64,000 nt of DNA, from IMG/VR virus record IMGVR_UViG_3300021255_000070, positions 1 to 64,000 of that record; one strand, 5' to 3'. Position 1 is the stretch's first letter, and each line of letters begins with the position of its first letter. This DNA is from a virus (lineage: Duplodnaviria; Caudoviricetes). Shown one piece after another: positions 1 through 8,700 of the stretch. The position numbers and the translations under genes are program-made. The notes under the pieces are model-generated. The model was not told the origin of the DNA, ran no database searches, and worked only from the letters and a program-made list of their open reading frames with translations.

Positions 1-657
1 AGTAGAAGAACCATCAAAAGCCTTATAGCTTACTCTGGCACATCTAGCTACAGAAATATCTTTTAATGTATCTATATCTAAGGTATCTTTTTCTTCTTGG
101 TTCACATAAGGTAAATGCCATTCACCTTCATGTAATAATACTGGTTCACTATCATACATAGCTTTATGCATAGCTCTAGCTAAGTCCTGCATTTCTGGCT
201 GTGCATGACTATCTTCTCTTAGCTTAAAGAAGTTCCTAAAGTCAGTAGCTGATAGAACTACCTGAATAGATGAGTATGGTTCAATCAGTCTATTAACAAT
301 CTGTTTATGCAGATTTAAATATCCTAGCTGTTCAGCAAAGGTAGCAGAACCTCTAGCCATCTGGAGCCATACATCCTCTACAGTATTAAGCATAGAAGCC
401 GGTATTTCTCCTGCTCCTACCATACCTTTCTGTTCAATAGTCCAGTGTTTAGGTCCCCAAGGATTATCTTTTACATTCTGGATATTTACCTTAATAGGAG
501 TAGCTCTGGATGAGCGCGCATTACGTGAGAAGACTCTATGAGTCATAATCTCTGAATGAATAGCTCTCCAATACTCTAATTCAAAAGTAGTAAGCCTGAT
601 ACCTTTCTCACTGATACTATCAGCTAGTATTTTTACTCTTGGTTCACAGTTAATCAT
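1..657 (-). CDS. thyX: FAD-dependent thymidylate synthase (ThyX-like), truncated by window edge
   Basis: Not in ORF track. ATG at 657 overlaps the stop of the upstream gene; translates MINCEPRVKILADSISEKGIRLTTFELEYWRAIHSEIMTHRVFSRNARSSRA... and ...SVARCARVSY near base 1, matching phage ThyX motifs. Confidence 0.9.
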   Translation of the reverse strand, partial: MINCEPRVKILADSISEKGIRLTTFELEYWRAIHSEIMTHRVFSRNARSSRATPIKVNIQNVKDNPWGPKHWTIEQKGMVGAGEIPASMLNTVEDVWLQMARGSATFAEQLGYLNLHKQIVNRLIEPYSSIQVVLSATDFRNFFKLREDSHAQPEMQDLARAMHKAMYDSEPVLLHEGEWHLPYVNQEEKDTLDIDTLKDISVARCARVSYKAFDGSST

Positions 658-1837
658 TTAAATCCTCGCTAGTAATAGAAATTAATTTACCAAATGGTAC
701 CTCTGTTTTATCAGTATCTACAGCTACCCAGATAACAGGTGTATCTACTGGTTCCATTGGTTCACAATATAAGTCAGTAAATATAATAGAACAGGTAGGA
801 TGTTTTTCCTGAATAAAATCATGAACACATTTATAAGAAGTACCACCTCCATCTACAACATGGATATTAGTAAATTTATCTCTGTCAGTAAATTCATCTA
901 CTCGACATATTTCAGTATCAAATTGAACCAAGGTAAGAAGTTTAGGATTAAACAGTTCTTTAATATATCTGACTTCTGAATTAAATCTCTTTACCTGTTC
1001 AGGAGTAATACTTCCTGAAATATCTAAAAAGTAAATCAGATGCTCTAATCTGTTCTTCTTTCTCTTGGTTCCCGGTAGATAGATATCAGGATATCTTCTG
1101 TTTCTTTTAATCCATGTTCTTTTAGGATGAGTGGATACATCCTTTAAGAAGTTTCTAAGCAGGATATACCATTTAATCTTGGGATGAAGGAACTCATTCA
1201 TGATATTGGCTAGTTCATTACTGGTTCCATCACCTGCTTCTAAACCACACATATCTTCAAAGCCTTTCTGATTAGCAGCTTTAGCCATTTCATCTGCCTG
1301 CATAATCTTTTGTAGGGCTTCTCCGATAGCAGCATTCATATCTTGACCATCAGGAGGAGGAAGTAAATCATTACTATCAGAACCAAAGTCTTCATTTTTC
1401 TGTTCTGGATCTTCCTTTCTTACTATTTCATAAATACCTTCTTCTGCATGACCTGTGTATCTCTTATCTACAAATCCATGCATAGATTCAATATCAAAGC
1501 CTTTATCCTGTAAGTCGTTATTAACAACTATGTCACAGGCTACATTCCAGTATTTACTATGTCTTCCTTCAGCTCTAAAGTTATGTAATCTGGCTATGTG
1601 CCATAACTCATGTAGTAAAGCAGCCTTACGTTGTTCAATATCTCTTTCCATGAACCAGTCAGGATTAATGAATATCTCTTTGCCGTTAGTAGAGGTTGTA
1701 TCAGTTACTTCTTTATTCCAAGAAATATCTGTATTACTCATAATACTAGCTAGGAAACATCCAAATCCATCATAGGTAAATACACCTACTTTGGTATAGG
1801 ATAGAGCATCAGCTAAATCTTTTTCTGTATATTCCAT
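650..1837 (-). CDS. Metallopeptidase-like/vWA domain protein (N4 gp25-like)
   Basis: HELWH (HExxH) motif, C-terminal vWA MIDAS motif DISGS plus GGGTS; adjacent to AAA ATPase. Confidence 0.85.
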   Translation of the reverse strand: MEYTEKDLADALSYTKVGVFTYDGFGCFLASIMSNTDISWNKEVTDTTSTNGKEIFINPDWFMERDIEQRKAALLHELWHIARLHNFRAEGRHSKYWNVACDIVVNNDLQDKGFDIESMHGFVDKRYTGHAEEGIYEIVRKEDPEQKNEDFGSDSNDLLPPPDGQDMNAAIGEALQKIMQADEMAKAANQKGFEDMCGLEAGDGTSNELANIMNEFLHPKIKWYILLRNFLKDVSTHPKRTWIKRNRRYPDIYLPGTKRKKNRLEHLIYFLDISGSITPEQVKRFNSEVRYIKELFNPKLLTLVQFDTEICRVDEFTDRDKFTNIHVVDGGGTSYKCVHDFIQEKHPTCSIIFTDLYCEPMEPVDTPVIWVAVDTDKTEVPFGKLISITSEDLND

Positions 1838-2953
1838 TTAGAATTTTCCTATAGCTTTATTTTTTTCTCTTTGCTTTCTCTGATATTCAGTAATCTGTTC
1901 AAGTTTATGCTGGAATAATTTATTCTGAGTAATTTCTGGAGTCTGAGTCATTAAAGCTCTATAGAATAATACTTCAAAAGACAGGTCATTAAATCTTGTT
2001 AGATACTGTTCAAAAGAAGATAGATAGCTTTCTTCAAAGTTTTGAAGTAAAGATACAATAGTAAACCATTTGGTATCTGTCTTAGATGGAACTTTAGCTG
2101 TAGTAGGATGATTGATAATATTCTCTAGAGTTTCCATTTCATCTGCTGCTTTACAGAAAGCAGTAAACTGAATAGCTACATCATTAGATATAGTTCCCTG
2201 TAATAAAGCCTGAGTATTAAAATCTAATTTGAAGTTAGGTACTTTTAGAATTCTATTTACAAATTCCCAGCTTCTAGGACAGCAGAATGGTTTACCTTCT
2301 TTCTCTTCATTCTCTGGTTCAAAATCCATAAGTTTATTAGGATATGCAGTCAGGAAAGCAATAATTCTACTATCATAATTTTGTTTGAAAGCTACATTCT
2401 CTCTCCAGTCATCAAAGCTGGTTTTCATATGAATATGAACCAGTCTGGATACCATAGCTGTAGATAAATCATTTACAATAGCTTTATCATTCTTACCATT
2501 ACCTGCACATACAATAAGACATCTGTCATTTAGCTTATACTGACCTACCATTCGGTCTAAAACTAATTTGTAAGCTGCTGCCTGTACTTCTTCAGGTGCA
2601 GAATTAAATTCATCTAAGAATAATAGCCAGCCATTATAACCATCAGGTACTTGGTCTAGGGCAGTAGGGAAAATATCAAATGGAGCAAAAGTAGCAATTT
2701 CTTTTCCATTATCTTTTTTAATGAAATGAGGTAAACCTAGTAAATCAGTTACATCAGAAGTAGATAATCTATGATCTATAACTTTCCATTTCATTTCATC
2801 AGCAATTTCTTTGATAATCTGTGATTTACCAATTCCCGGTGAACCAGTAACAAATGGAACTATACCTGCCTGTAGGCAATCTAAGATATATTGTTTAGCT
2901 GTTGATGGTGGTACTTCTGTAAGTTCTGAAAGACTATTGTTTAAATTAGGCAT
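1838..2953 (-). CDS. MoxR-like AAA+ ATPase (N4 gp24-like)
   Basis: Walker A GSPGIGKS, Walker B LLFLDEFN, sensor AGN, PRSWE motif. Confidence 0.9.
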   Translation of the reverse strand: MPNLNNSLSELTEVPPSTAKQYILDCLQAGIVPFVTGSPGIGKSQIIKEIADEMKWKVIDHRLSTSDVTDLLGLPHFIKKDNGKEIATFAPFDIFPTALDQVPDGYNGWLLFLDEFNSAPEEVQAAAYKLVLDRMVGQYKLNDRCLIVCAGNGKNDKAIVNDLSTAMVSRLVHIHMKTSFDDWRENVAFKQNYDSRIIAFLTAYPNKLMDFEPENEEKEGKPFCCPRSWEFVNRILKVPNFKLDFNTQALLQGTISNDVAIQFTAFCKAADEMETLENIINHPTTAKVPSKTDTKWFTIVSLLQNFEESYLSSFEQYLTRFNDLSFEVLFYRALMTQTPEITQNKLFQHKLEQITEYQRKQREKNKAIGKF

Positions 2954-2996
2954 TTTATTTCCTTATTAAAATGGTAATCTACGAAAGTAGAAATTA

Positions 2997-3455
2997 TTAA
3001 AATGGTATAAATCCAAGTGAAAGACATAAACCATGTGGTTTATCTACATGGTTCAATTCGGTTTCTATAAACCCCACAACATCCTTGCTATGTTCTAATA
3101 GCAGTTTCTTGATTTTGTCCTGTTGCAGATTGATATAGGGAATAGAGCAGTTATCACATAGAGAGGTAAGACTAGGAGGAATATCTGAACCATAGAATAT
3201 AGCCATATTTACTGGCTCAGTAAGATTATTATCAAATAGGGCATAGATATAATCTTCTTTATCTACACCTATATTCTTACAGAAATCTGTAACTAGGTTT
3301 CCATAATTAGTTTCTCTCTGGTCTATTGAACCAGTCTTAATTAAATATCCATGAGCGTGAAATGTGAATATTAAATCATTAGCTAACTTTTCATCTTCCT
3401 CATTCAAATAAGGATTTAGTATTATGTACGCTATTGTCTTCATCTTTTTTATCAT
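2997..3455 (-). CDS. Hypothetical protein
   Basis: 152-aa ORF in the minus-strand operon; start may be 3443. Confidence 0.6.
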   Translation of the reverse strand: MIKKMKTIAYIILNPYLNEEDEKLANDLIFTFHAHGYLIKTGSIDQRETNYGNLVTDFCKNIGVDKEDYIYALFDNNLTEPVNMAIFYGSDIPPSLTSLCDNCSIPYINLQQDKIKKLLLEHSKDVVGFIETELNHVDKPHGLCLSLGFIPF

Positions 3456-4011
3456 CCAGTAAGACTCTCATCTGATTTGCACTATAAATCTGATATTTAT
3501 CTATATAGAAGAAATAATCATTTTGATTCTTATCAATAAATTCTTCATTAATTTCTTCATCATTGTCACAAGTAATTTCTACTCTAAAATTACCTTTAGA
3601 GAATAGATTTTGTTTAATAACTTTTTCATAAGGTATTATTACAAATAGATTTTTAAATTCTTTATCAGCAGATATGTTTAAAGATAGCTGATAAGGTAAT
3701 AAATTTAATATCTGATACTGATGAGGTATACTTTCTGTTCTATAATTTTCTTTAACTGTAAGATAATCTCTTATATGTCTTATGAATATCTTATGAAATA
3801 GTTGTAATCTGTCATATCTCTGCTTTTCTGAAGTATTTATTGCTGTGCTTGGTTCACTATAGATTTTCAATTTAAATGCAGATTCTAATGTCGAGTCAAA
3901 TGTGTTTATATCATGACTTTTTGTATAAATATGATAATTTAATTCTAATGGATATCCCTGTTCATCATCGTCTAAAATAATATGATGTTTCATTTCATAA
4001 TATGAAGTCAC
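3400..4011 (-). CDS. Hypothetical protein
   Basis: 203-aa ORF, GTG start with AAGGAGG RBS just after a terminator. Confidence 0.7.
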   Translation of the reverse strand: MTSYYEMKHHIILDDDEQGYPLELNYHIYTKSHDINTFDSTLESAFKLKIYSEPSTAINTSEKQRYDRLQLFHKIFIRHIRDYLTVKENYRTESIPHQYQILNLLPYQLSLNISADKEFKNLFVIIPYEKVIKQNLFSKGNFRVEITCDNDEEINEEFIDKNQNDYFFYIDKYQIYSANQMRVLLDDKKDEDNSVHNTKSLFE

Positions 4012-4023
4012 TGGTTCCTCCTT

Positions 4024-4060
4024 AAAAAAAAATATAGGTCATACCATTACTGGCATGACC
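4024..4060 (-). terminator. Intrinsic terminator after RNAPII subunit 2
   Basis: Minus strand GGTCATGCCA-GTAA-TGGTATGACC followed by TATATTTTTTTTT. Confidence 0.8.
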
Positions 4061-4077
4061 TTTGTATTATTTCCTTA

Positions 4078-5313
4078 TCAGGAAAGTGCATATTCACCAT
4101 CTACAATCAGATTCTTAGGTTTGTTAATCTTTAAATCTGGTGCATGGCAAATACATTGGAGGATATGTTCTAATAACCTTGAGTCAGATAATTCCTGCAT
4201 ACATATCTGATACTGTTTACGTACATCATTTCCATAATTAGGATGACATCTGTAACAGTCATGTATGGTAAGAATTTCAAAAGGCTTATCAGGGAGAGAA
4301 GAGATTAGCTTCTCTAGAACACCCGATGGAACCAACCAGAAATTCTCATGATTGATTACATCTAGGATTCTCATTGAATAATACCCTGTTTCTTTTGCAA
4401 GTTTCATTAATCTTGCAAGAGTATTATTCATAACCTTTTGTTGTTTAGGATGACTTAAGGTATTTTTCGTTAAAAATGCACAGTTAGCATTAAGGTTTTT
4501 AACTTCTTTCAATGCTTCAGTTTTATCGAAATTATACATGCATCTTGCAGTCATTTCTCTACATATAAAACTGTCTACACTGTGAGTTAAATTAGCACCT
4601 AAACTTCTGCCTCTGTTCTGTGGGATATTTTCTCTATGATTGAAAGTAAACTTTTTACCTCCAAATTCAAAACTGTCTTCAACCATAGTCTCTACAGGCA
4701 GATGAACATGAAATCCATCTGGCATATCCCAGTCGTAGCATAAGGCATTTGGATCCCATGCTTCCAGCATAAAGTTATTTAAATGCCAAGCATATGGAGC
4801 CATCTCACTCATAGTTTCACAGAATACTGGATATAACTCTTCACCGACTAACTCTTTTGGCTGTCTTGTAGAAGAGTAGAAGGCTGTCATAATAGCCTTC
4901 TTGATATTATCTCTGGTAATATTACCCAGATTCTGTTTAACTTTAGATTTAAATCTATTGAAGATGATAGTATAACTATCATTTCTTTTTTCATCATCAT
5001 TGACTATATTGCATAACTTAGCTCCTGATTCATCTCCTGTTAATACAGATAACATCTGTAGACCAGAGTGAGTAGCATCTAAGTTAATTAAATAACCAAC
5101 AGGTATCCCTTTCTTGGCTCTCTTATAAGCTTCAATACCTGCTAAATACATAGCTGGTTTATCAGCTTTCTGCCATTGGCTCTCAAGATTATCTTCATTC
5201 TTATGGAACCAGTCTAATCTCTCCTGCCAAGTTAATTTATCTAAACCAAAAGAACCTGCTATATCTATCATCAGATATTCAAGACCATTAAATAATTGCA
5301 TAAATTCCTCCAT
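4078..5313 (-). CDS. RNA polymerase II subunit 2 (N4 gp16-like; T7-type catalytic half)
   Basis: Motif A LDATHSGLQ, motif B RDNIKKAIMTAFY, motif C IHDCY. Confidence 0.92.
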   Translation of the reverse strand: MEEFMQLFNGLEYLMIDIAGSFGLDKLTWQERLDWFHKNEDNLESQWQKADKPAMYLAGIEAYKRAKKGIPVGYLINLDATHSGLQMLSVLTGDESGAKLCNIVNDDEKRNDSYTIIFNRFKSKVKQNLGNITRDNIKKAIMTAFYSSTRQPKELVGEELYPVFCETMSEMAPYAWHLNNFMLEAWDPNALCYDWDMPDGFHVHLPVETMVEDSFEFGGKKFTFNHRENIPQNRGRSLGANLTHSVDSFICREMTARCMYNFDKTEALKEVKNLNANCAFLTKNTLSHPKQQKVMNNTLARLMKLAKETGYYSMRILDVINHENFWLVPSGVLEKLISSLPDKPFEILTIHDCYRCHPNYGNDVRKQYQICMQELSDSRLLEHILQCICHAPDLKINKPKNLIVDGEYALS

Positions 5314-5386
5314 AGAGAGGTTTCTGACTGTTTATAGTAGGTGAGTACCACCTACCCTATAAAAGTCTTTCCTACCCCTCTTAAAT

Positions 5387-6181
5387 TTAGAAATTGACTA
5401 CTTCTTTATTAGCTAGTTCTATACTAGCTTTGTGATAATCATTTCCCTGTGGATTAATAAAATACCCTACGTCATAAATACGACCTCTTTTGTCATACTT
5501 ATGAGTTAACCAGAATTTTTTATCAGAGAACCATAGAGAAGTATTCCTACTATGCTCTGTAAACTTACTCCAGTTCTTCTCTGATATTTCCTGATACTCT
5601 TCACTTTTTGGATCATAGGTATTTAATTCATTAGCTAGTACAGCTATCTTGGAATTAATACCTAGAGCTACAGAGTTAGCTCTGTTCAGATGCTGAAGAT
5701 TGATATCATATTTTGGTGTTTTACTATTTAATACAAGAGAACCAGTATCAGCTATCAGATACCCATTCTGGTTATTCTTTTCCAGTCTCCTTGGTTCACA
5801 AACCAAAGGAAGAGGAAACTGAAAAGTATCCAGTTCATCCTGTGTTTTCTGGTCTACATTGAATTTAACTATCAGTTGTTCTTTGTCTGTATCAATGAAG
5901 CATAAACCTGCATTGACACATTTAACTACCTCATTTGCAGTAAACTGACTATCTTTATAGATATAGAACAGAGTACCTATAGTAGTAGGTATATCCATTC
6001 TCTTATGGATAATCAGGTTCACACAGAGCTGTTCAGCAATCATTACATCCAAGTCATGATTGAATATTAACTCTGCTATTTCCTGCTGGTTCTGAACCAA
6101 TCGAGTAAGTTTACTTACCAACTGGTTCCTGTTGAATTTAATCTCAAGTTCTTTTTGTAGGTTTTTCATAATATCCTCCAT
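5387..6181 (-). CDS. RNA polymerase II subunit 1 (N4 gp15-like)
   Basis: YDKRGRIY (DxxGR motif) and NPQGND; immediately upstream of subunit 2. Confidence 0.9.
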   Translation of the reverse strand: MEDIMKNLQKELEIKFNRNQLVSKLTRLVQNQQEIAELIFNHDLDVMIAEQLCVNLIIHKRMDIPTTIGTLFYIYKDSQFTANEVVKCVNAGLCFIDTDKEQLIVKFNVDQKTQDELDTFQFPLPLVCEPRRLEKNNQNGYLIADTGSLVLNSKTPKYDINLQHLNRANSVALGINSKIAVLANELNTYDPKSEEYQEISEKNWSKFTEHSRNTSLWFSDKKFWLTHKYDKRGRIYDVGYFINPQGNDYHKASIELANKEVVNF

Positions 6182-6195
6182 TTGAAACCCCTAAC

Positions 6196-6225
6196 AAAAA
6201 AATAAAGGGTATCTTTCGATACCCT
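6196..6225 (-). terminator. Intrinsic terminator
   Basis: Minus strand AGGGTATC-GAAA-GATACCCT followed by TTATTTTTTT. Confidence 0.8.
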
Positions 6226-6251
6226 CTATTTATTAATTAGTAACCAAGGAT

Positions 6252-6509
6252 TTATTTGCTCTGCTCGGCAATTTCATCGAATATGGATTGGATTACTTTC
6301 TTATTAGCTGAATAATCATAGGCTGTTTTAATAATAGACCTAGCTTCATCCACTCCAAACTTGTCAATGAGTTTTCGTATTTGTTTACGAATATTCTTAG
6401 CAGAACCAATAGCTACTTCATCTTTTAATTCAGTAGCTTTAATCTCTCCTACTTCAGCTACTCGCTGAATAGATTTGAGAGTTTTGTTTAGTGTTTTGAG
6501 AATACCCAT
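6252..6509 (-). CDS. Hypothetical protein
   Basis: 85-aa ORF with AAGGAGG RBS. Confidence 0.75.
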   Translation of the reverse strand: MGILKTLNKTLKSIQRVAEVGEIKATELKDEVAIGSAKNIRKQIRKLIDKFGVDEARSIIKTAYDYSANKKVIQSIFDEIAEQSK

Positions 6510-6535
6510 TCTTCATATCCTCCTTTAAAAATTTA

Positions 6536-6563
6536 GAACCAAGAGTATTTCTACTCTTGGTTC
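6536..6563 (-). terminator. GAACCAAG-stem hairpin (terminator or processing site)
   Basis: GAACCAAGAGTA-TTTC-TACTCTTGGTTC, 12-bp perfect stem directly after the gp2-like gene. Confidence 0.7.
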
Positions 6564-6570
6564 ATAATAA

Positions 6571-6972
6571 TTACAGAACTAGACCGTCAAGTAATCCACC
6601 ATTGTTAGTAGATGGTGTAGCATTAACTTTCTGTAGTCTACATACAAGGTTAACTTCGCAACTCTCACCATCTTTTAATGATAGACCTTTCTCTCTAATC
6701 ATTTCCAATAACTGATTAGATGCATTCATTAACTTGTTATAATCTGTATCTTTACCTGATACTTTTCTATCAGGCATATTTGTAAGATCTACACCATATG
6801 GAATAGATACAAATATAGTTGATACAGTACCATCTGGATTGGTAACTTCACGATTAACACCAATGTTAAGATAAAGTTCTGTTGGTTTACGTTCAGGTTT
6901 AGCCTGAGTATTAGCATTAGAAACAATTAAACCGTTAGTATTGTTTGAATTTGAAGATGTAATTAATCCCAT
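6571..6972 (-). CDS. N4 gp2-like ssDNA-binding RNAPII coactivator
   Basis: LYLNIG...FVSIPYGVDL...NQLLEMI...L.DGE...V.RLQKV pattern, 133-aa size and position upstream of RNAPII resemble N4 gp2. Confidence 0.75.
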   Translation of the reverse strand: MGLITSSNSNNTNGLIVSNANTQAKPERKPTELYLNIGVNREVTNPDGTVSTIFVSIPYGVDLTNMPDRKVSGKDTDYNKLMNASNQLLEMIREKGLSLKDGESCEVNLVCRLQKVNATPSTNNGGLLDGLVL

Positions 6973-7020
6973 TTTGAACTACCTCTTAAGTAAGTAAAAT
7001 AAACATTTCGGGAACCATTC

Positions 7021-7040
7021 CCAAGAGGCACGTTAGTGCC
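7021..7040 (-). promoter_or_regulatory. Virion RNAP hairpin promoter (leftward transcription)
   Basis: Template (+) strand CC-AAGAGGCAC-GTTA-GTGCC: CC, 9 nt, then loop G, as in N4 P2 (CC-AAAAGAAGC-GGA-GCTTC). Confidence 0.75.
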
Positions 7041-7059
7041 GACAGTTTAATATCTGTTA

Positions 7060-7102
7060 AAAACAAACGGGCAGGCGTTGGTGCGATAGCACCCGCCTGC
7101 CC
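7060..7102 (-). terminator. GC-rich intrinsic terminator
   Basis: GGGCAGGCG-tt-GGTGC-GATA-GCACC-CGCCTGCCC; on the minus strand followed by GTTTGTTTTT. Confidence 0.65.
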
Positions 7103-7110
7103 TTGTAATA

Positions 7111-7146
7111 AAATATAAGTATAAATATAAGTATAAATATAAATAT
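7111..7146. repeat. AT-rich tandem repeat
   Basis: (AAATATAAGTAT)x2 then (AAATAT)x2. Confidence 0.8.
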
Positions 7147-7201
7147 CTTATTTAATGAGCAGTTTAACCACTTGCTCAGGTGGAGCTTAGGAGGTTGACT
7201 G

Positions 7202-7225
7202 CTAGACTCTATTACTAGAGTCTAG
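7202..7225. repeat. Perfect inverted repeat
   Basis: CTAGACTCTA-TTAC-TAGAGTCTAG directly after the stop of ORF 7238-7459. Confidence 0.75.
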
Positions 7226-7237
7226 TATGTCAACTTA

Positions 7238-7459
7238 CTATTCAGTACCAATACTATACCAAGTAATTAACTTATCCATTACTATTCTCCAAGCTAATAC
7301 CTGATTTATATTTCTAAACTTTCTGATAAATTTATTATTATCTGGTTCTTCTTTTAAACCATAAGTAATCACAAAGTTATTTAGATTTATTTCTGATCTT
7401 GAAGTTACTTCTTCTTTAAACCATTCTTTAATTTCTTTTATATCTTTATTTAAATTCAT
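7238..7459 (-). CDS. Early hypothetical protein
   Basis: 73-aa ORF with GAGG RBS. Confidence 0.7.
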   Translation of the reverse strand: MNLNKDIKEIKEWFKEEVTSRSEINLNNFVITYGLKEEPDNNKFIRKFRNINQVLAWRIVMDKLITWYSIGTE

Positions 7460-7482
7460 AATTTTTTCCTCTCTAAGCTAAA

Positions 7483-7507
7483 GAACCAAGATTGCTAGTC
7501 TTGGTTC
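7483..7507 (-). terminator. GAACCAAG-stem hairpin
   Basis: GAACCAAGA-TTGCTAG-TCTTGGTTC directly after ORF 7512-7727. Confidence 0.6.
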
Positions 7508-7511
7508 CTAA

Positions 7512-7727
7512 TTAATGTAACTCTTTTATTACACCTTCTGGATGCTCTTCATTTGGTGTAATAACTAATGAAACTTCATAGTTCCAATCAGATTGCAGAG
7601 CATCGCATAACTCTGCAATATCTTTGTTGATGTCCTGTAAATAGATTATTAAATCTTTCTTAGAAGATATATGTTCAGGAACATATAGATATCCATACTC
7701 TAATTGATTTTCTACCATTATTTCCAT
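7512..7727 (-). CDS. Early hypothetical protein
   Basis: 71-aa acidic ORF with GAGG RBS. Confidence 0.7.
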   Translation of the reverse strand: MEIMVENQLEYGYLYVPEHISSKKDLIIYLQDINKDIAELCDALQSDWNYEVSLVITPNEEHPEGVIKELH

Positions 7728-7730
7728 TAG

Positions 7731-7787
7731 TTAAATCCTCTTAAACTTAATATGTTTGAATCTATGGAACCAACAACAGAGCTTCAT
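7731..7787 (-). CDS. Possible 18-aa peptide MKLCCWFHRFKHIKFKRI
   Basis: TAATG stop/start overlap with the upstream ORF, AGGAG RBS, fills the gap between two early genes. Confidence 0.45.
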   Translation of the reverse strand: MKLCCWFHRFKHIKFKRI

Positions 7788-7963
7788 TAACTCCTATATA
7801 GTATTTTTATTAATTCCTGTTGGATGGTTACTATTTGTACTAATTTATCTAGTAGTTCGAGTAACTCCCCCTTACTTGTATCCATAGTTATGTCCTGATT
7901 ATTTACTTCTTCTATTAGATAATCTAAATCGTCTAATTTATGTATATAATCATAATCTTTCAT
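7787..7963 (-). CDS. Early hypothetical protein (58 aa)
   Basis: Not in track; MKDYDYIHKLDD...KILYRS, AGGAG RBS. Confidence 0.7.
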   Translation of the reverse strand: MKDYDYIHKLDDLDYLIEEVNNQDITMDTSKGELLELLDKLVQIVTIQQELIKILYRS

Positions 7964-7990
7964 AATTATCTCCTAAACTTTTTTAAACAG

Positions 7991-8017
7991 TTGAACCAAG
8001 GTATTTTCTTGGTTCAA
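7991..8017 (-). terminator. GAACCAAG-stem hairpin
   Basis: TTGAACCAAG-GTATTTT-CTTGGTTCAA directly after ORF 8023-8244. Confidence 0.65.
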
Positions 8018-8022
8018 TTTAT

Positions 8023-8244
8023 TTATAGCTTTTCAAGCTCGCATATATAGCAATTAGATTGAATTAGCCTGCGAAGAATCATATTTAACTTTGATTCTTC
8101 AATAATGCATGTATGAGGACCATGTTCATCCTCATACACGATATGGTACTTTACTATGATGTTTTCCATGTTATCTCCTAATTCTTCTTCTTCTGAAGCA
8201 CATAATTCTCTGATTTGCACAGGTTGTTTCAATAAATATTTCAT
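8023..8244 (-). CDS. Early hypothetical protein
   Basis: 73-aa ORF; the true start may be the internal MENII (AGGAG upstream). Confidence 0.65.
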   Translation of the reverse strand: MKYLLKQPVQIRELCASEEEELGDNMENIIVKYHIVYEDEHGPHTCIIEESKLNMILRRLIQSNCYICELEKL

Positions 8245-8250
8245 GATTAA

Positions 8251-8457
8251 CTACCTCTTGGTTCTATTGATTAACTCTTCAGTAAGTTCTTTATATTCTT
8301 TACTTAGCTTAGCTACTCTTGTTTTACGAGTATCTACATGAGTAAGGATATAAAAATAGTTATCATCACAATCTTCAATATTGAAGCTTATATGAGCTGG
8401 AGTGTTATATATTAACCCGTATATGTATTCTTCAACTATAGATTTCTCTGTATCCAT
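8251..8457 (-). CDS. Early hypothetical protein
   Basis: 68-aa ORF with GAGG RBS, first gene after the 8489-8508 promoter. Confidence 0.75.
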   Translation of the reverse strand: MDTEKSIVEEYIYGLIYNTPAHISFNIEDCDDNYFYILTHVDTRKTRVAKLSKEYKELTEELINRTKR

Positions 8458-8488
8458 AACTACCTCTCTAAACTATTAAACTAATCCA

Positions 8489-8508
8489 CCTATCAGAGCG
8501 AAGCTCTG
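8489..8508 (-). promoter_or_regulatory. Virion RNAP hairpin promoter (leftward transcription)
   Basis: Template strand CC-TATCAGAGC-GAA-GCTCTG: 6-bp stem, C(GAA)G triloop, N4 spacing. Confidence 0.85.
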
Positions 8509-8518
8509 TAAAATAAAA

Positions 8519-8544
8519 GAACCAAAGGTATTTTACTTTGGTTC
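8519..8544 (-). terminator. GAACCAA-stem intrinsic terminator
   Basis: GAACCAAAG(G)TA-TTT-TACTTTGGTTC, followed on the minus strand by TTTTATTTT. Confidence 0.7.
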
Positions 8545-8551
8545 AGTTAAT

Positions 8552-8698
8552 TTATAGGTATCTGAATACTCCATAGTATTCATATTCAACTTTAAGTATG
8601 GAATAAATGACTCTAGTCATATCTTTCTGGTTCCATACTTTATCTTTAAGAGGGATAGGGATAACTCTGTTATCCTCTAGAATAACTTTAACAATCAT
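8552..8698 (-). CDS. Early hypothetical protein (48 aa)
   Basis: Not in track; MIVKVILEDNRVIPIPL...FRYL, GGAGG RBS. Confidence 0.65.
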   Translation of the reverse strand: MIVKVILEDNRVIPIPLKDKVWNQKDMTRVIYSILKVEYEYYGVFRYL

Positions 8699-8700
8699 AA

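Noticed and set aside
1455-1775. Antisense and alternate-frame ORFs in the track (e.g. 1455-1775, 12437-12730, 20572-20856, 41146-41430, 53263-53553, 56978-57271)
   Set aside because: They lie wholly within strongly supported genes, lack an RBS or motif, and look like shadows of codon bias.
7069-7102. C(GATA)G hairpin as a fourth vRNAP promoter
   Set aside because: No CC at the conserved 9-nt distance; the minus-strand T tract fits a terminator better.
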